The notes under the pieces were generated by a model, which did no database searches, was not told the DNA's origin, and saw only the letters and a program-made list of their open reading frames with translations. Position numbers and translations under genes: made by a program. Positions 46,946-56,591 of a stretch of 64,000 bases of DNA are shown in pieces. The stretch is from positions 5,152,001 to 5,216,000 of the forward strand of contig OZ242311.1 of assembly GCA_965207885.1 (NCBI GenBank), given 5' to 3'. Numbering within the stretch: the stretch's first letter is position 1; each line of letters begins with the position of its first letter. This DNA comes from Candidatus Latescibacterota bacterium. Its GTDB lineage: Bacteria > Latescibacterota > UBA2968.

Positions 46946-49108
46946 TTAGCCCTTCACCTCTCGCCGCCGCGCGTGTAAAACCAACTCAGTATATCCATTG
47001 GGCACTTCGCGGCCCTTGAAAACCAGATCGAGCGCCGCTTGAAACGCAATACTCTCATCAAAATTTGGCGCCATATTGCGATATTCCGGATCCCCCTCAT
47101 TCTGCCGATCCACAACCGCGGCCATCTTCTCAAACGTCTCGCGGACTTGCTCTGCACTCACAATCCCGTGATGCAGCCAATTGGCGATATGCTGGCTCGA
47201 AATACGCAAAGTCGCGCGATCTTCCATCAGACCCACATCGTGAATATCGGGCACCTTGGAACAGCCAACACCCTGATCAACCCAGCGCACCACATAGCCC
47301 AAAATACCCTGGGCATTATTATCCAATTCCTGTACAATCTCCTCAGCCGTCAGATCTCTATCCAGCAAAGGCGGCGTCAAAATCGCATCCAGACTCGCGC
47401 GTTCTCGCCTCGCGAGTTCTGCCTGCCGCGCCGAAACATTCACCTGATGGTAGTGCATCGCGTGCAACGTGGCCGCAGCTGGCGACGGAACCCACGCGGT
47501 TGTCGCCCCCGCCTCGGGGTGATTCATCTTCGTCTCCACCATCTCTCGCATCGCATCGGGCATCGCCCACATCCCCTTGCCAATTTGCCCTTTGCCGATC
47601 AACCCCGTCTCAATACCCACATCCACATTCCAATCCTCATAAGCCGTCAACCAAGGCTGCGCCTTAATTTCATTCTTGGGAAGCATAGCACCGGCTTCCA
47701 TACTCGTGTGCATCTCATCACCCGTGCGATCCAAAAATCCCGTATTGATAAAAATGACGCGTTCACGGGCTTCCCACATAGCGCGTTTCAAATTGACAGT
47801 CGTGCGCCGTTCCTCATCCATAATCCCTATCTTTAGCGTATTTCTCTCAAGTCCAAACACATCTTCCACGCGCCCGAATAATTCTACTGTCGCTGCCACC
47901 TCTTCAGGCCCGTGCATCTTGGGTTTTACAATATATACGCTACCCGAGCGGCTATTTTGAAACGCGCCATTGCCCTTCAAATCGTGAATAGCCGCCAGCG
48001 ACGTTACCATCGCATCCAAAAACCCCTCGGGAATCTCCTCTCCATCTCCAGTCGTCACTGCATCGGTGTACATGTGAATACCCACATTTCGCACCAGCAG
48101 CGTGCTTCGCCCCGGCAATGTCAACGCACCGCCATCTGGACGGATATAATTCCTATCGGGATTCAATTTGCGATTCAGGGGTTGTCCATTCTTTTCAAAA
48201 GTCGTCTCCAGCGTCCCCTTCATCAAACCGCACCAGTTGCGATACACGAGCACCTTGTCCGCGGCATCCACAGCCGATACGGAATCCTCACAATCCTGAA
48301 TCGTGGTAATTGCCGCCTCCAGCACCACATCTTTCACCCCTGCCGGATGGTCTTTGCCAATGGGATGGTCCGAATCAATCTGAATCTCAACATGCAATCC
48401 ATTGTGCGCCAACAGCACACTGGACAGTGCCCCATCTCGCTCCGCATAGCCCACAAACTGATGCGAATCTGATAACCCTGTATCCCGACCATCAACCTCT
48501 GCCACAAGCACCTTCTGCCCACCCTCTTCACCCAGAGCAAACGCCGTCACACCTGCGTAAGACCCAGTGGACAGCGGCACAGTCGCATCCAAAAAATCAT
48601 TCGCACTGGCAATCACCTTCTCGCCGCGCACGGGATTATAAGCCGTACCCTTATCTGCGCCATCATCCTCTGGAATCACATCTGTCCCATACAGCGCATC
48701 GTACAAACTACCCCAGCGCGCATTGGCCGCATTCAAACAATAACGCGCATTATCCACCGGCACGACCAATTGCGGTCCAGCCACTGTCGCAACCTCTGGA
48801 TCAACCCCATTTGTCAACACCTGAAAATGATCTCCTTCGGGCAACAAATACCCGATCTCCTGCAAAAATGCCCTGTAAGCTGCCCCATCAATAGATTCGC
48901 GCCCCTCGTGCCAGGCATCGATCTTCGCCTGCAAGACATCGCGCCTTTCCAATAAACGCCGATTCTTCGCCCCCAAATCTCTTACAATCTCTTCCAACCC
49001 CTGCCAAAAAGCCTCTGCATCCACGCCCGTATCGGGCGCGATTTCATCTTTAACCAATGCGTAAAGCGCGGCATCTACATTCAATTCTCCAACGGCTACC
49101 ATACTCAT
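46946..49108 (-). CDS. glcB: Malate synthase G
   Basis: [60 protein letters not shown]; RBS AGGAG before MSMV. Confidence 0.95.
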   Translation of the reverse strand: MSMVAVGELNVDAALYALVKDEIAPDTGVDAEAFWQGLEEIVRDLGAKNRRLLERRDVLQAKIDAWHEGRESIDGAAYRAFLQEIGYLLPEGDHFQVLTNGVDPEVATVAGPQLVVPVDNARYCLNAANARWGSLYDALYGTDVIPEDDGADKGTAYNPVRGEKVIASANDFLDATVPLSTGSYAGVTAFALGEEGGQKVLVAEVDGRDTGLSDSHQFVGYAERDGALSSVLLAHNGLHVEIQIDSDHPIGKDHPAGVKDVVLEAAITTIQDCEDSVSAVDAADKVLVYRNWCGLMKGTLETTFEKNGQPLNRKLNPDRNYIRPDGGALTLPGRSTLLVRNVGIHMYTDAVTTGDGEEIPEGFLDAMVTSLAAIHDLKGNGAFQNSRSGSVYIVKPKMHGPEEVAATVELFGRVEDVFGLERNTLKIGIMDEERRTTVNLKRAMWEARERVIFINTGFLDRTGDEMHTSMEAGAMLPKNEIKAQPWLTAYEDWNVDVGIETGLIGKGQIGKGMWAMPDAMREMVETKMNHPEAGATTAWVPSPAAATLHAMHYHQVNVSARQAELARRERASLDAILTPPLLDRDLTAEEIVQELDNNAQGILGYVVRWVDQGVGCSKVPDIHDVGLMEDRATLRISSQHIANWLHHGIVSAEQVRETFEKMAAVVDRQNEGDPEYRNMAPNFDESIAFQAALDLVFKGREVPNGYTELVLHARRREVKG

Positions 49109-49127
49109 ATATCGCTCCTTTAGAAAT

Positions 49128-49967
49128 TCAAGTATATCCACCTTTGCCCAACAAAATACGCGCCTCTTCGTCATCGCCTTCTAAAATCGCCTGCGTCAAC
49201 CCGTCACCGGGAGGCGGTCCCCCATGAGGTGATCGGCGCAGCCAGGTCGGCGTATAACTCAAAATCAACATCCTGCGCTTTGTCCTCAACGTCGGCAATC
49301 CGCGATGCCAGAGATTGCTGTGAATCAACACGCCGCCCCCGGCCTTCACGCGAACCACAAGCTCACCTTCAACCGGCTCATAAGTATCGGGAGGCGGTGC
49401 TCTATCCAACCAATTGTGCGACCCCGGCACAATTCCCACGGGTCCCGTATCCTCATTCAAATCATCCAGATAAATCAGAGCATCTATCCCATGTGGTCTG
49501 GAAAACCACGGCGGCAAAGGATTGGAAACCACGCGCAAATGCTGGTGCCAGGGGGTCTGATGAGGCGTTTCAGCCGGATAACTGATCCGCGCGCTCAATC
49601 CCCGAAGCCTGACCAGTGGCCCCATCATCGCCCGCGCAATAGATAACACAGGCGGAAATTTCAACAAATCCAAAAACACCGGATCTTTATCCATCAAATG
49701 CCGCGGGATACGTCCCCAGGACCGCTTTCCCGTATCTCGAAACACGCCCGATTCCCGATCCTCCAACCGATCCAGCGCGGATTGCAATGCTTTCAAGTCC
49801 TCGCCCACAAACAACCCCTCGCGCACCAGATACCCTTCCCGGTCAAATTGCTGCAACTCCTCTGGCGATGCACAGACATCTACTTCGTAATAGTGATCTG
49901 ATCCGCGGGTATTGGGACCGAGAACCTTATAAGACACCGTGCAATTCTGTTCAAAAGTGTGATCCAT
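49128..49967 (-). CDS. Phytanoyl-CoA dioxygenase (PhyH) family Fe/2OG enzyme
   Basis: FDREGYLV; WHQH; YLDD....GP...PGSH; LWHRG; R. Confidence 0.8.
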   Translation of the reverse strand: MDHTFEQNCTVSYKVLGPNTRGSDHYYEVDVCASPEELQQFDREGYLVREGLFVGEDLKALQSALDRLEDRESGVFRDTGKRSWGRIPRHLMDKDPVFLDLLKFPPVLSIARAMMGPLVRLRGLSARISYPAETPHQTPWHQHLRVVSNPLPPWFSRPHGIDALIYLDDLNEDTGPVGIVPGSHNWLDRAPPPDTYEPVEGELVVRVKAGGGVLIHSNLWHRGLPTLRTKRRMLILSYTPTWLRRSPHGGPPPGDGLTQAILEGDDEEARILLGKGGYT

Positions 49968-49976
49968 ATCATCTCC

Positions 49977-51581
49977 TCATGCCAAAACCAGAAGCCAATC
50001 GCCATCTCCCGGTGCTTCGTAAACGCGCCTACCATCGGCCTCATGCGATTCTGCTGCATCGACATCGCCATCGCGCGGATTGTACCAAATACCCCGCAGA
50101 TGTGGTGACAAACCCGCCATCTTCACCACCACCGCCTCGCCCTGTGGTGTATAGGCAACCACAAGATCATTTGCCACAGATTTAGAAATCAAAATGTGAT
50201 TGTGTACATCTCGCCCGCCGGGCTGCGCGCCCAACAACTCTGGCGCCGGGCGCAAATTCCACCACCCGATAGAATCGAATGCATCGACGAGATGCCGCAC
50301 TTGCTCTGCCCCATCCATCATCAGCGCGTCATGCCAGGGCAATGGCGTTCCCGAATTGGGATGATCGACGGGAGGACCGCTGCCATCGTCCCACCCCCAC
50401 ACGCCGTGTCCCCCATAAGTCACGCCAGCGGTTGGCGCGTTGAGCAGGCTCCAGTACATCGCCCTTCTAACCGACGCTGCATCGTGTGGCCGCTTTGAAT
50501 GATAGGCCACGTGATTTTCATAAGCAGGCTCCATGTTAATATAAAATTGGCGCGGCGTCTTTTTCCAATCTTCCGAAGGCGGCCCCGTCACAATCCACTG
50601 CAAAGTCTCGTCGCTGTCGCCGTGACCACTTTGATAACCCACCACATCGAGCCAATTTTCAGACCGAAATTCATCAGTCGGGAATCGCCGCCCCGAACTG
50701 TGCATCGCCACAGGCGCGTGGGGACCTTTCCCGAAAACCGCGCGCCCAACGCGCTGCCATCGCTCGGCATTCTCGCCATCGTAATTGCCATCCCCACCCA
50801 AAATCCACACCACGGGATAACACGCCCATCGCGCGACCATATATTCAGCCAGCAGGATCATCTGGTCCTCTGATAACGAGGCGCCCGGACTCTTTTCCGG
50901 ATGACTGCGCCCTCCCAGTGCCCACAACATCACGGGCGCATTGACCAGGCCTGCCTGAAAAGTCATCTCCACCCAGTCATCCAAACGCTGAAAAAAAGCC
51001 GGATTTATTGCGATCTTTTCCACACCGGAAAACGCCTGATTGCCCTCGACATCGCCATCTGGAGCCGCACGCCACTGCGTAGCCACCCATTGCACGGTAT
51101 TAAATCCCTGCCGCACGCGCTCGCTGAGATAATAGCACCATTCATCCCGCGTCGCCCGCAAACAGCCATTCCACGCCGTATCTGCCATATAGAAAAACGG
51201 CTTCTCATCCGCATAAACAAAATGCCGCCTGTTTGCAGACAGCGCGATAGGACCGTGTACATCAAATTCACTGCTCGTCTGAGATGACCCGCACGTAAAA
51301 CGCCCCTCGCGATTGTGCAAACCCGTGTTTTCCGCATCTGAAAAAAACGTCGCATACGACCACTCGCCCTCTTCATCTGGACAAAAACGCACGCGCCATT
51401 GCCGTCCGCCATCCCAGAATCCCATCACATTATAGACCGATCCAAAAGGCGATGTAAACACCACCTGCAATGCCGCTTCTTGAATGGGATTTCCGTAATC
51501 TTTATCACTCTCGAAATCGATCTCAATGCGTCCCCATTTTGTCACAACCGGCTCACGGCCATTTTGATCTATTTCGCTCAT
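49977..51581 (-). CDS. DUF5060 + DUF4038 (apiosidase-like glycoside hydrolase) protein
   Basis: GFWDGG..WRVRF.P...G.W; PFF..ADTAW; QSGH; EP.YE; G.TYG.HG.W; C-terminal WYNPRDG...DW.L. Confidence 0.8.
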   Translation of the reverse strand: MSEIDQNGREPVVTKWGRIEIDFESDKDYGNPIQEAALQVVFTSPFGSVYNVMGFWDGGRQWRVRFCPDEEGEWSYATFFSDAENTGLHNREGRFTCGSSQTSSEFDVHGPIALSANRRHFVYADEKPFFYMADTAWNGCLRATRDEWCYYLSERVRQGFNTVQWVATQWRAAPDGDVEGNQAFSGVEKIAINPAFFQRLDDWVEMTFQAGLVNAPVMLWALGGRSHPEKSPGASLSEDQMILLAEYMVARWACYPVVWILGGDGNYDGENAERWQRVGRAVFGKGPHAPVAMHSSGRRFPTDEFRSENWLDVVGYQSGHGDSDETLQWIVTGPPSEDWKKTPRQFYINMEPAYENHVAYHSKRPHDAASVRRAMYWSLLNAPTAGVTYGGHGVWGWDDGSGPPVDHPNSGTPLPWHDALMMDGAEQVRHLVDAFDSIGWWNLRPAPELLGAQPGGRDVHNHILISKSVANDLVVAYTPQGEAVVVKMAGLSPHLRGIWYNPRDGDVDAAESHEADGRRVYEAPGDGDWLLVLA

Positions 51582-51596
51582 ATTTACACCTCTATT

Positions 51597-53558
51597 TCAT
51601 TTTTCAGGTCCCTGATCCAGCACATCTTCTACAAAAGCGCGCAAGACTTCGGCAGTACTCCACGCCTGGGCAAAACAACCGCGAGATGCATGGGGCGGGT
51701 CGCCATCGAAAATTTCAGAAATATGTCCCAGACCCGACGCTTCAACATGGCGCAACAAAGGGCGCAACATATCTCTTGCAGAAGTACGAACATCTGCCTC
51801 CTTGCCGCGAATGCGAACCCATGAAGTAATAAACGGACCCATAAGCCATGCCCAAACCGTTCCCTGGTGATACGCGCTATCGCGACTATACGGATCGCCG
51901 CCATAAGTGCCCCTGTATGCCGCGTCGGAAGGCGACAGACTTCGCAAACCATAAGGCGTGAGCAACTCGCGTTCGAACACATTGAGAATACTGCGTTCAC
52001 GCGCGACATCGAGCATGCGATGCGGCAAGCTGAGAGCAAAAATCTGATTCGGGCGAATAGCGGCATCCGGCTCCGTATCGGTCAGGCAATCGTACAAACA
52101 TCCGGCATCGGAGTTCCAGAATGCCTCGGCAAAGCGCGCGGCTGTTCTTTCCGCAAGGCCGGCGTATTCGACACTGAGATCGGATTCGCCATATCTGTCA
52201 GCCAAATTCCGCATCACACACAGCGCATTGTACCACAGCGCATTGACCTCAACGGGCTTGCCCTGCCGCGGGGTAACGACCCAATCTCCCACCTTAGCAT
52301 CCATCCATGTCAGTTGCACACCGGGTTCCCCAGCATAGAGCAACCCATCGCAATCCACATGGATATTATAGCGCGTTCCCGAAACAAAATAACTGATAAT
52401 CTCCTGTAGCACGGACCAAAGGGACTCACGCACAAACGCATAATCATCTGTGTACGCCAAAAAGCGATCCACTGCATAGACGTACCACAGGGTTGCATCC
52501 ACGCTATTGTACTCGGGTATATCACCGCAATCGGGAAATCGATTTGGCATCATCCCCTTGTCGCAAAAATGTGCATAAGCAGCGAGAATATCGCGGGCTT
52601 CGTCAAATCGTCCGGTCACCAGTGCGAGACCGGGCAGCGCGATCATCGTATCGCGCCCCCAATCCGTAAACCAGGGATAACCCGCGATAATGGTAGCGCG
52701 TGCGTCGCTGCGTTTGACGAGAAAGGCATCTGCACTCAAACTGAGACCAGTGCATTTGGGAACTGATTGAACAATTTTATTTCTTCGATCTAACTCAGCC
52801 TGCCGAAGCGCATTCACCTGATCGCATGTGCCGCGTTCAAGGCTGACGAGCAAATGCGCGGATTCGCCCGCTTCGAGATCAAAGGTAAATTCTCCGGGGC
52901 AATACAGGTCTTCCCGACTATCCAGGCCGCGATAGGCTTCAACAGCATATTCAAAATTGTAATACCAATCGCCTCGCGCTTGAAATTCTCCATTGTGCGC
53001 GATATACAAAGGCGGGTATTTCGAATAAGGCTGAAAACTCACCAGACCATCGCAAATATCGACATCGCCATTGAGCATATCATTCTGGCGCGTCAGGTGA
53101 TGATAATCTCGGCAAGCCGCGAGCGGACGCAACGTAAGCATAACAGGGCGATCAAAGGGACCGTAAGTAATCACAGTGGTATTCTGACCATAAACCATAA
53201 AAATTTGCTTTTCAAAACACAAATCGTCAGTACAATAGGTAAAGGTGGGAAAGGGATCCAGTCGGACGTGTTCGAGATGGCGATAACCGTGCGGGTGGAT
53301 ATCGCCAGCATAGCAATTGTTACTCAGTTCAAAAGTCCCCATATCGGGTACAATAAGCGTCTCTTCAAATTTGGACAGTGCCACAAACCGGCCATACGAC
53401 GCACTTTGTGCGGGAATGAGCAAACCGTGGTACCGCCGCGTATTCATCCCAATAATCGTAGAACACGCAAATCCACCCAGACCATTGGTCTCAAGCCACT
53501 CCCGTCCCATCGCCTGACCGAGGTCTCGGCATATTTCTTTTTTAACGAAAATATCCAT
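51597..53558 (-). CDS. Glycogen debranching enzyme / amylo-alpha-1,6-glucosidase
   Basis: EWLETNGLGG, TRRYHGLL, AGYPWFTDWGRD, TWMD, IRPNQ, YHQGTVW, EIFDG...QAWS. Confidence 0.92.
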   Translation of the reverse strand: MDIFVKKEICRDLGQAMGREWLETNGLGGFACSTIIGMNTRRYHGLLIPAQSASYGRFVALSKFEETLIVPDMGTFELSNNCYAGDIHPHGYRHLEHVRLDPFPTFTYCTDDLCFEKQIFMVYGQNTTVITYGPFDRPVMLTLRPLAACRDYHHLTRQNDMLNGDVDICDGLVSFQPYSKYPPLYIAHNGEFQARGDWYYNFEYAVEAYRGLDSREDLYCPGEFTFDLEAGESAHLLVSLERGTCDQVNALRQAELDRRNKIVQSVPKCTGLSLSADAFLVKRSDARATIIAGYPWFTDWGRDTMIALPGLALVTGRFDEARDILAAYAHFCDKGMMPNRFPDCGDIPEYNSVDATLWYVYAVDRFLAYTDDYAFVRESLWSVLQEIISYFVSGTRYNIHVDCDGLLYAGEPGVQLTWMDAKVGDWVVTPRQGKPVEVNALWYNALCVMRNLADRYGESDLSVEYAGLAERTAARFAEAFWNSDAGCLYDCLTDTEPDAAIRPNQIFALSLPHRMLDVARERSILNVFERELLTPYGLRSLSPSDAAYRGTYGGDPYSRDSAYHQGTVWAWLMGPFITSWVRIRGKEADVRTSARDMLRPLLRHVEASGLGHISEIFDGDPPHASRGCFAQAWSTAEVLRAFVEDVLDQGPEK

Positions 53559-53619
53559 GAACCTTTTCCATTCACCGAATGGAATATTCCCTCCCATCCT
53601 TGACACCAGGCAGTTTTGT

Positions 53620-53800
53620 ATCTATAAATATTTGCGTTGACGTACTCCCAAATCTAAAGCATTGGGAGTATAGAATCTTGTTGCTTCAGCAGGGATTGTG
53701 GGATCAACAGTAGATGCTTGCTTCCCCGAAGTTCGGCAAGTCTTACGCTACCTCCGCCAGAGGTGGACGCCCCCACCTGTGAATGTTTATCGCCGCGTTG
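53620..53800 (-). ncRNA. Putative TnpB omegaRNA/reRNA (scaffold plus flanking guide; limits approximate)
   Basis: Overlaps the tnpB 3' end and right end, as established for TnpB. Stems such as CCGAAC-TTCGG and the terminal hairpin are visible. Guide would be the host flank CGCAAATATTTATAGA. Confidence 0.55.
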
Positions 53801-54849
53801 AGGTCTCTATCCATCTCAAGGCCACATGCGCAACAATGGAATGTTCTTTCTCGCAATTCGAGATTCTCTTTCACTGTATCACAAGCCGAGCATGTCTTTG
53901 ACGACGGCAGCCATTGGTCAATTTGTTTGACAACTTTGCCAGTCTTTTTTGCCAGATACTTGAGAATGTTCAAAAAGTCTGAGAAGCCCAAATCGCTAAT
54001 CTTTCTGCCCCACAACGCTTTCATGGCGTCAATGTTCAAAGTCTCAAAGAACATAACGTCATAGTCTTTACACAGTTGATGGGCAAGTCGCCAATGATAG
54101 TCTCTACGCTGATTAGCAATGCGCCTATGCACTCTGGCATGATTTACTCTTGCCCTGTGACGATTGTTGCTCCCTTTCTTCTTGCGAGAAAGATTGCGAT
54201 TAGCCTTTTTGACTTTTCTCGAATTACGATTGAAGAACAATGGCGATTGTGTCCTTGTGCTGTCTGAGGCTGTTAGATATGTTTGCAAGCCAAAGTCAAA
54301 ACCTGCGGTTTTACCGTTCTTGATAATGAATGACTTGATACCCTCAGCCTTTGCAACAACACATAGCCACAAATCGCCTACGCGGTCACGTTTGATTGTG
54401 ACCATCTTGATACGCTCTACATCGAACTTTCTGCTCTTATGGTATCTGAATATACGCTTGCCAATACGCACTTTGTTACGCTCAAGGAATTTGTATCCTG
54501 CTTGCTTCAGCGTATAGGACTGATACCGAAAGCGAGACCTGAATGTGGGCGGACGCTTATTATCTCTGGCAAAGAATTTCTGATAGCCAAAGTCTATGCG
54601 CTCAACCACATTTTGCAATGCCTGTGACGGCAACAAACGCCAATGTGCAAAGCGTGTTGTTCTTTTTAGCTTTGCCAAATGGTTAATCATTGTGAACTTA
54701 CTCGGATATTTGCCAAAACGCCGATAGTATCGCTTGTGCAAGGCAATGAAATGATTATACACCTCAGCAAAAGAATCTATATCCCTATGGATATACATAT
54801 TGCGATCACAGCGACTATACATTTTGTATTTGTATGTTAAGTATTCCAT
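53743..54849 (-). CDS. tnpB: RNA-guided endonuclease TnpB
   Basis: RuvC-I GFDFG, RuvC-II FETLNI, Zn finger CSAC...CCAC, RuvC-III DRDLNAAINI; D-E-D triad intact. Confidence 0.93.
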   Translation of the reverse strand: MEYLTYKYKMYSRCDRNMYIHRDIDSFAEVYNHFIALHKRYYRRFGKYPSKFTMINHLAKLKRTTRFAHWRLLPSQALQNVVERIDFGYQKFFARDNKRPPTFRSRFRYQSYTLKQAGYKFLERNKVRIGKRIFRYHKSRKFDVERIKMVTIKRDRVGDLWLCVVAKAEGIKSFIIKNGKTAGFDFGLQTYLTASDSTRTQSPLFFNRNSRKVKKANRNLSRKKKGSNNRHRARVNHARVHRRIANQRRDYHWRLAHQLCKDYDVMFFETLNIDAMKALWGRKISDLGFSDFLNILKYLAKKTGKVVKQIDQWLPSSKTCSACDTVKENLELRERTFHCCACGLEMDRDLNAAINIHRWGRPPLAEVA

Positions 54850-54855
54850 AATGTA

Positions 54856-54884
54856 AATATACACAAAAACAGTAATTTATGCAA
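54856..54884 (-). promoter_or_regulatory. Sigma70-like tnpB promoter, probably giving a leaderless mRNA
   Basis: TTGCAT (54884-54879)-17 nt-TATATT (54861-54856), then 6 nt to ATG 54849; no SD sequence. Confidence 0.55.
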
Positions 54885-55171
54885 ATTTTATGTAGTCAGT
54901 GAACGGATGATTTTGGTCGATGAAGTGCTGGCGCACTTGTACACCGCTCCACCGTCCACATTGCCTTGAGCAATGTGCCACCATACTAAGCATGTTCCGT
55001 GATGATTTTACACGGAAGCACCGCACCATAAGCATGTCCCTGCGAAAGCAGGGATTCGGAAGCCCTTGCAAAACAACGCTCGCTAACTCGCGTCTGCTTC
55101 CCAACGCTAAAGCTCTCTGCGAGTGGGTCTTACGGGCTGTAAGATAAACGCCTCTAACACGAACACATATC

Positions 55172-56419
55172 ATGACCGCGAAGCAACTGACACTATCGAT
55201 AGAATCCCCTGCATCTGACCAGCTCAGAAGGGAACTGGCGGACTTCAACGCATTTGGCAAAAATACAATTGTGACCTCTACGGAAACAGAGCCGATTCGC
55301 CTTGAAACTTACGTAAACGAATTTTGGACCGCCAAACAAAGAGCAGCCAATGCACTCCACGAAATATCATATCGAGCGTGCTTCAAACCCCAACTTCCCA
55401 GATTCTTTATCGAACGACTAACCACACCGGGCGACGTGGTTTATGACCCTTTTGCCGGGCGAGGTACAACACTCATCGAATCTGCTCTTTTGGGACGCGT
55501 TCCCATAGGATGCGATATTAATCCGTTGAGTTCCATTATGACGCTCCCCCGCCTGAATCCACCTACAACCGAACAAGTCGCCGACAGGCTATCGCGTATA
55601 GAACTCAAAGATGTCGATGAATATCCGGAAGAATTACTGGTCTTTTATCACCCGGAAACATTGAAGCAGATTTGCGCTTTAAAAAAATATCTAAACGAAA
55701 AAACCGACAACCTTGATCAAGTCGATCAATGGATTTGCCTGGTCGCACTGAGTAGATTGACGGGACACTCATCCGGCTTTTTCTCTGTTTATACCCTGCC
55801 ACCCAATCAGGCTGTCTCTGTTGATTCACAAAAAAAAATCAATGAAAAAAGAAATCAAGAACCACCATTAAGAGATGTCAAAAACCTCATTTTAAAAAAA
55901 ACGCATGCCCTTTTGAAACACTGTGACAATCAAACTCGGCATACCCTGACAGGCGTCTTTTCCCAGGCAAAGTTTCTCACACAACCCTCAGATAGCATTC
56001 CCGAAATCGCGTCCAACTCCGTCTCCCTTGTCGTAACCTCCCCACCATTTCTCGATGTTGTCAACTACGCGCAGGACAACTGGTTGCGATGCTGGTTTTG
56101 CGGGATAAACCCTGCAACTGTCCCCATCACCATAGCGAGAAAAGTCAAACAGTGGCAACGCGAAATGACAAAAATTTTTCACGAATTAGCGCGCGTCTTG
56201 AAACCTGGCGGACATATCGCCTTTGAAGTCGGCGAAGTCAGACACGGCAAAGTAAAACTCGAAGAAGCGGTTATCCCGTGCGGCATCGAAGCGGGACTCA
56301 CGCCATTGCTCGTCTTAATCAACGACCAGGAATTCACCAAAACCGCTAATGTTTGGGGCGTTGATAACAGAAAAAAAGGTACAAACACCAACCGAGTCGT
56401 CGTGTTTAAAAAAGAATAA
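55172..56419 (+). CDS. Orphan site-specific DNA amino-methyltransferase (m4C/m6A)
   Basis: Motif I YDPFAGRGT; motif IV VTSPPF; RVLKPGG. No adjacent endonuclease gene. Confidence 0.85.
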   Translation: MTAKQLTLSIESPASDQLRRELADFNAFGKNTIVTSTETEPIRLETYVNEFWTAKQRAANALHEISYRACFKPQLPRFFIERLTTPGDVVYDPFAGRGTTLIESALLGRVPIGCDINPLSSIMTLPRLNPPTTEQVADRLSRIELKDVDEYPEELLVFYHPETLKQICALKKYLNEKTDNLDQVDQWICLVALSRLTGHSSGFFSVYTLPPNQAVSVDSQKKINEKRNQEPPLRDVKNLILKKTHALLKHCDNQTRHTLTGVFSQAKFLTQPSDSIPEIASNSVSLVVTSPPFLDVVNYAQDNWLRCWFCGINPATVPITIARKVKQWQREMTKIFHELARVLKPGGHIAFEVGEVRHGKVKLEEAVIPCGIEAGLTPLLVLINDQEFTKTANVWGVDNRKKGTNTNRVVVFKKE

Positions 56420-56481
56420 TTGAACGATCTATAACCAACTCATTGGTCTGTCAAAGAAATTTGCTAATATTTTTCTGATAG

Positions 56482-56558
56482 ACTGGATTGCGGCTAACCC
56501 CCTGCCGCAATGACAACCGTCGTTCGTCACGCCTGCATGTTTTAAGCAGGCGTCCAGT
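56482..56558. repeat. Pair of inverted REP-like palindromes between convergent genes
   Basis: ACTGGATTGCGGC-9 nt-GCCGCAATGAC and GTCACGCCTGC-9 nt-GCAGGCGTCCAGT; shared GTCA...TCCAG ends in opposite orientation. Confidence 0.7.
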
Positions 56559-56591
56559 GGATTCAAGTAAGAAACTTAGTTGACATACCAC

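Larger units (their letters stand above)
53637..55143 (-). mobile_element. IS200/IS605-family TnpB-only element (left end approximate)
   Basis: Right end hairpin TACTCCCAA...TTGGGAGTA followed by TCAA (minus strand, ends at 53637). Related CCCAA..CTAAAGC..TGGG hairpin at 55100-55127. Candidate TAM TTTAT at 55148-55144. No HUH tnpA ORF. Confidence 0.7.

Noticed and set aside
44876-48894. Long shadow ORFs opposite the heparinase-like gene and glcB
   Set aside because: Explained by biased codon usage on the coding strand; low-complexity translations.
54877-55260. ORFs 54877-55260 (-) and 54920-55147 (+) as tnpA
   Set aside because: No HUH motif or convincing catalytic Tyr helix; only a faint resemblance (VRQHFIDQ) that I cannot support.
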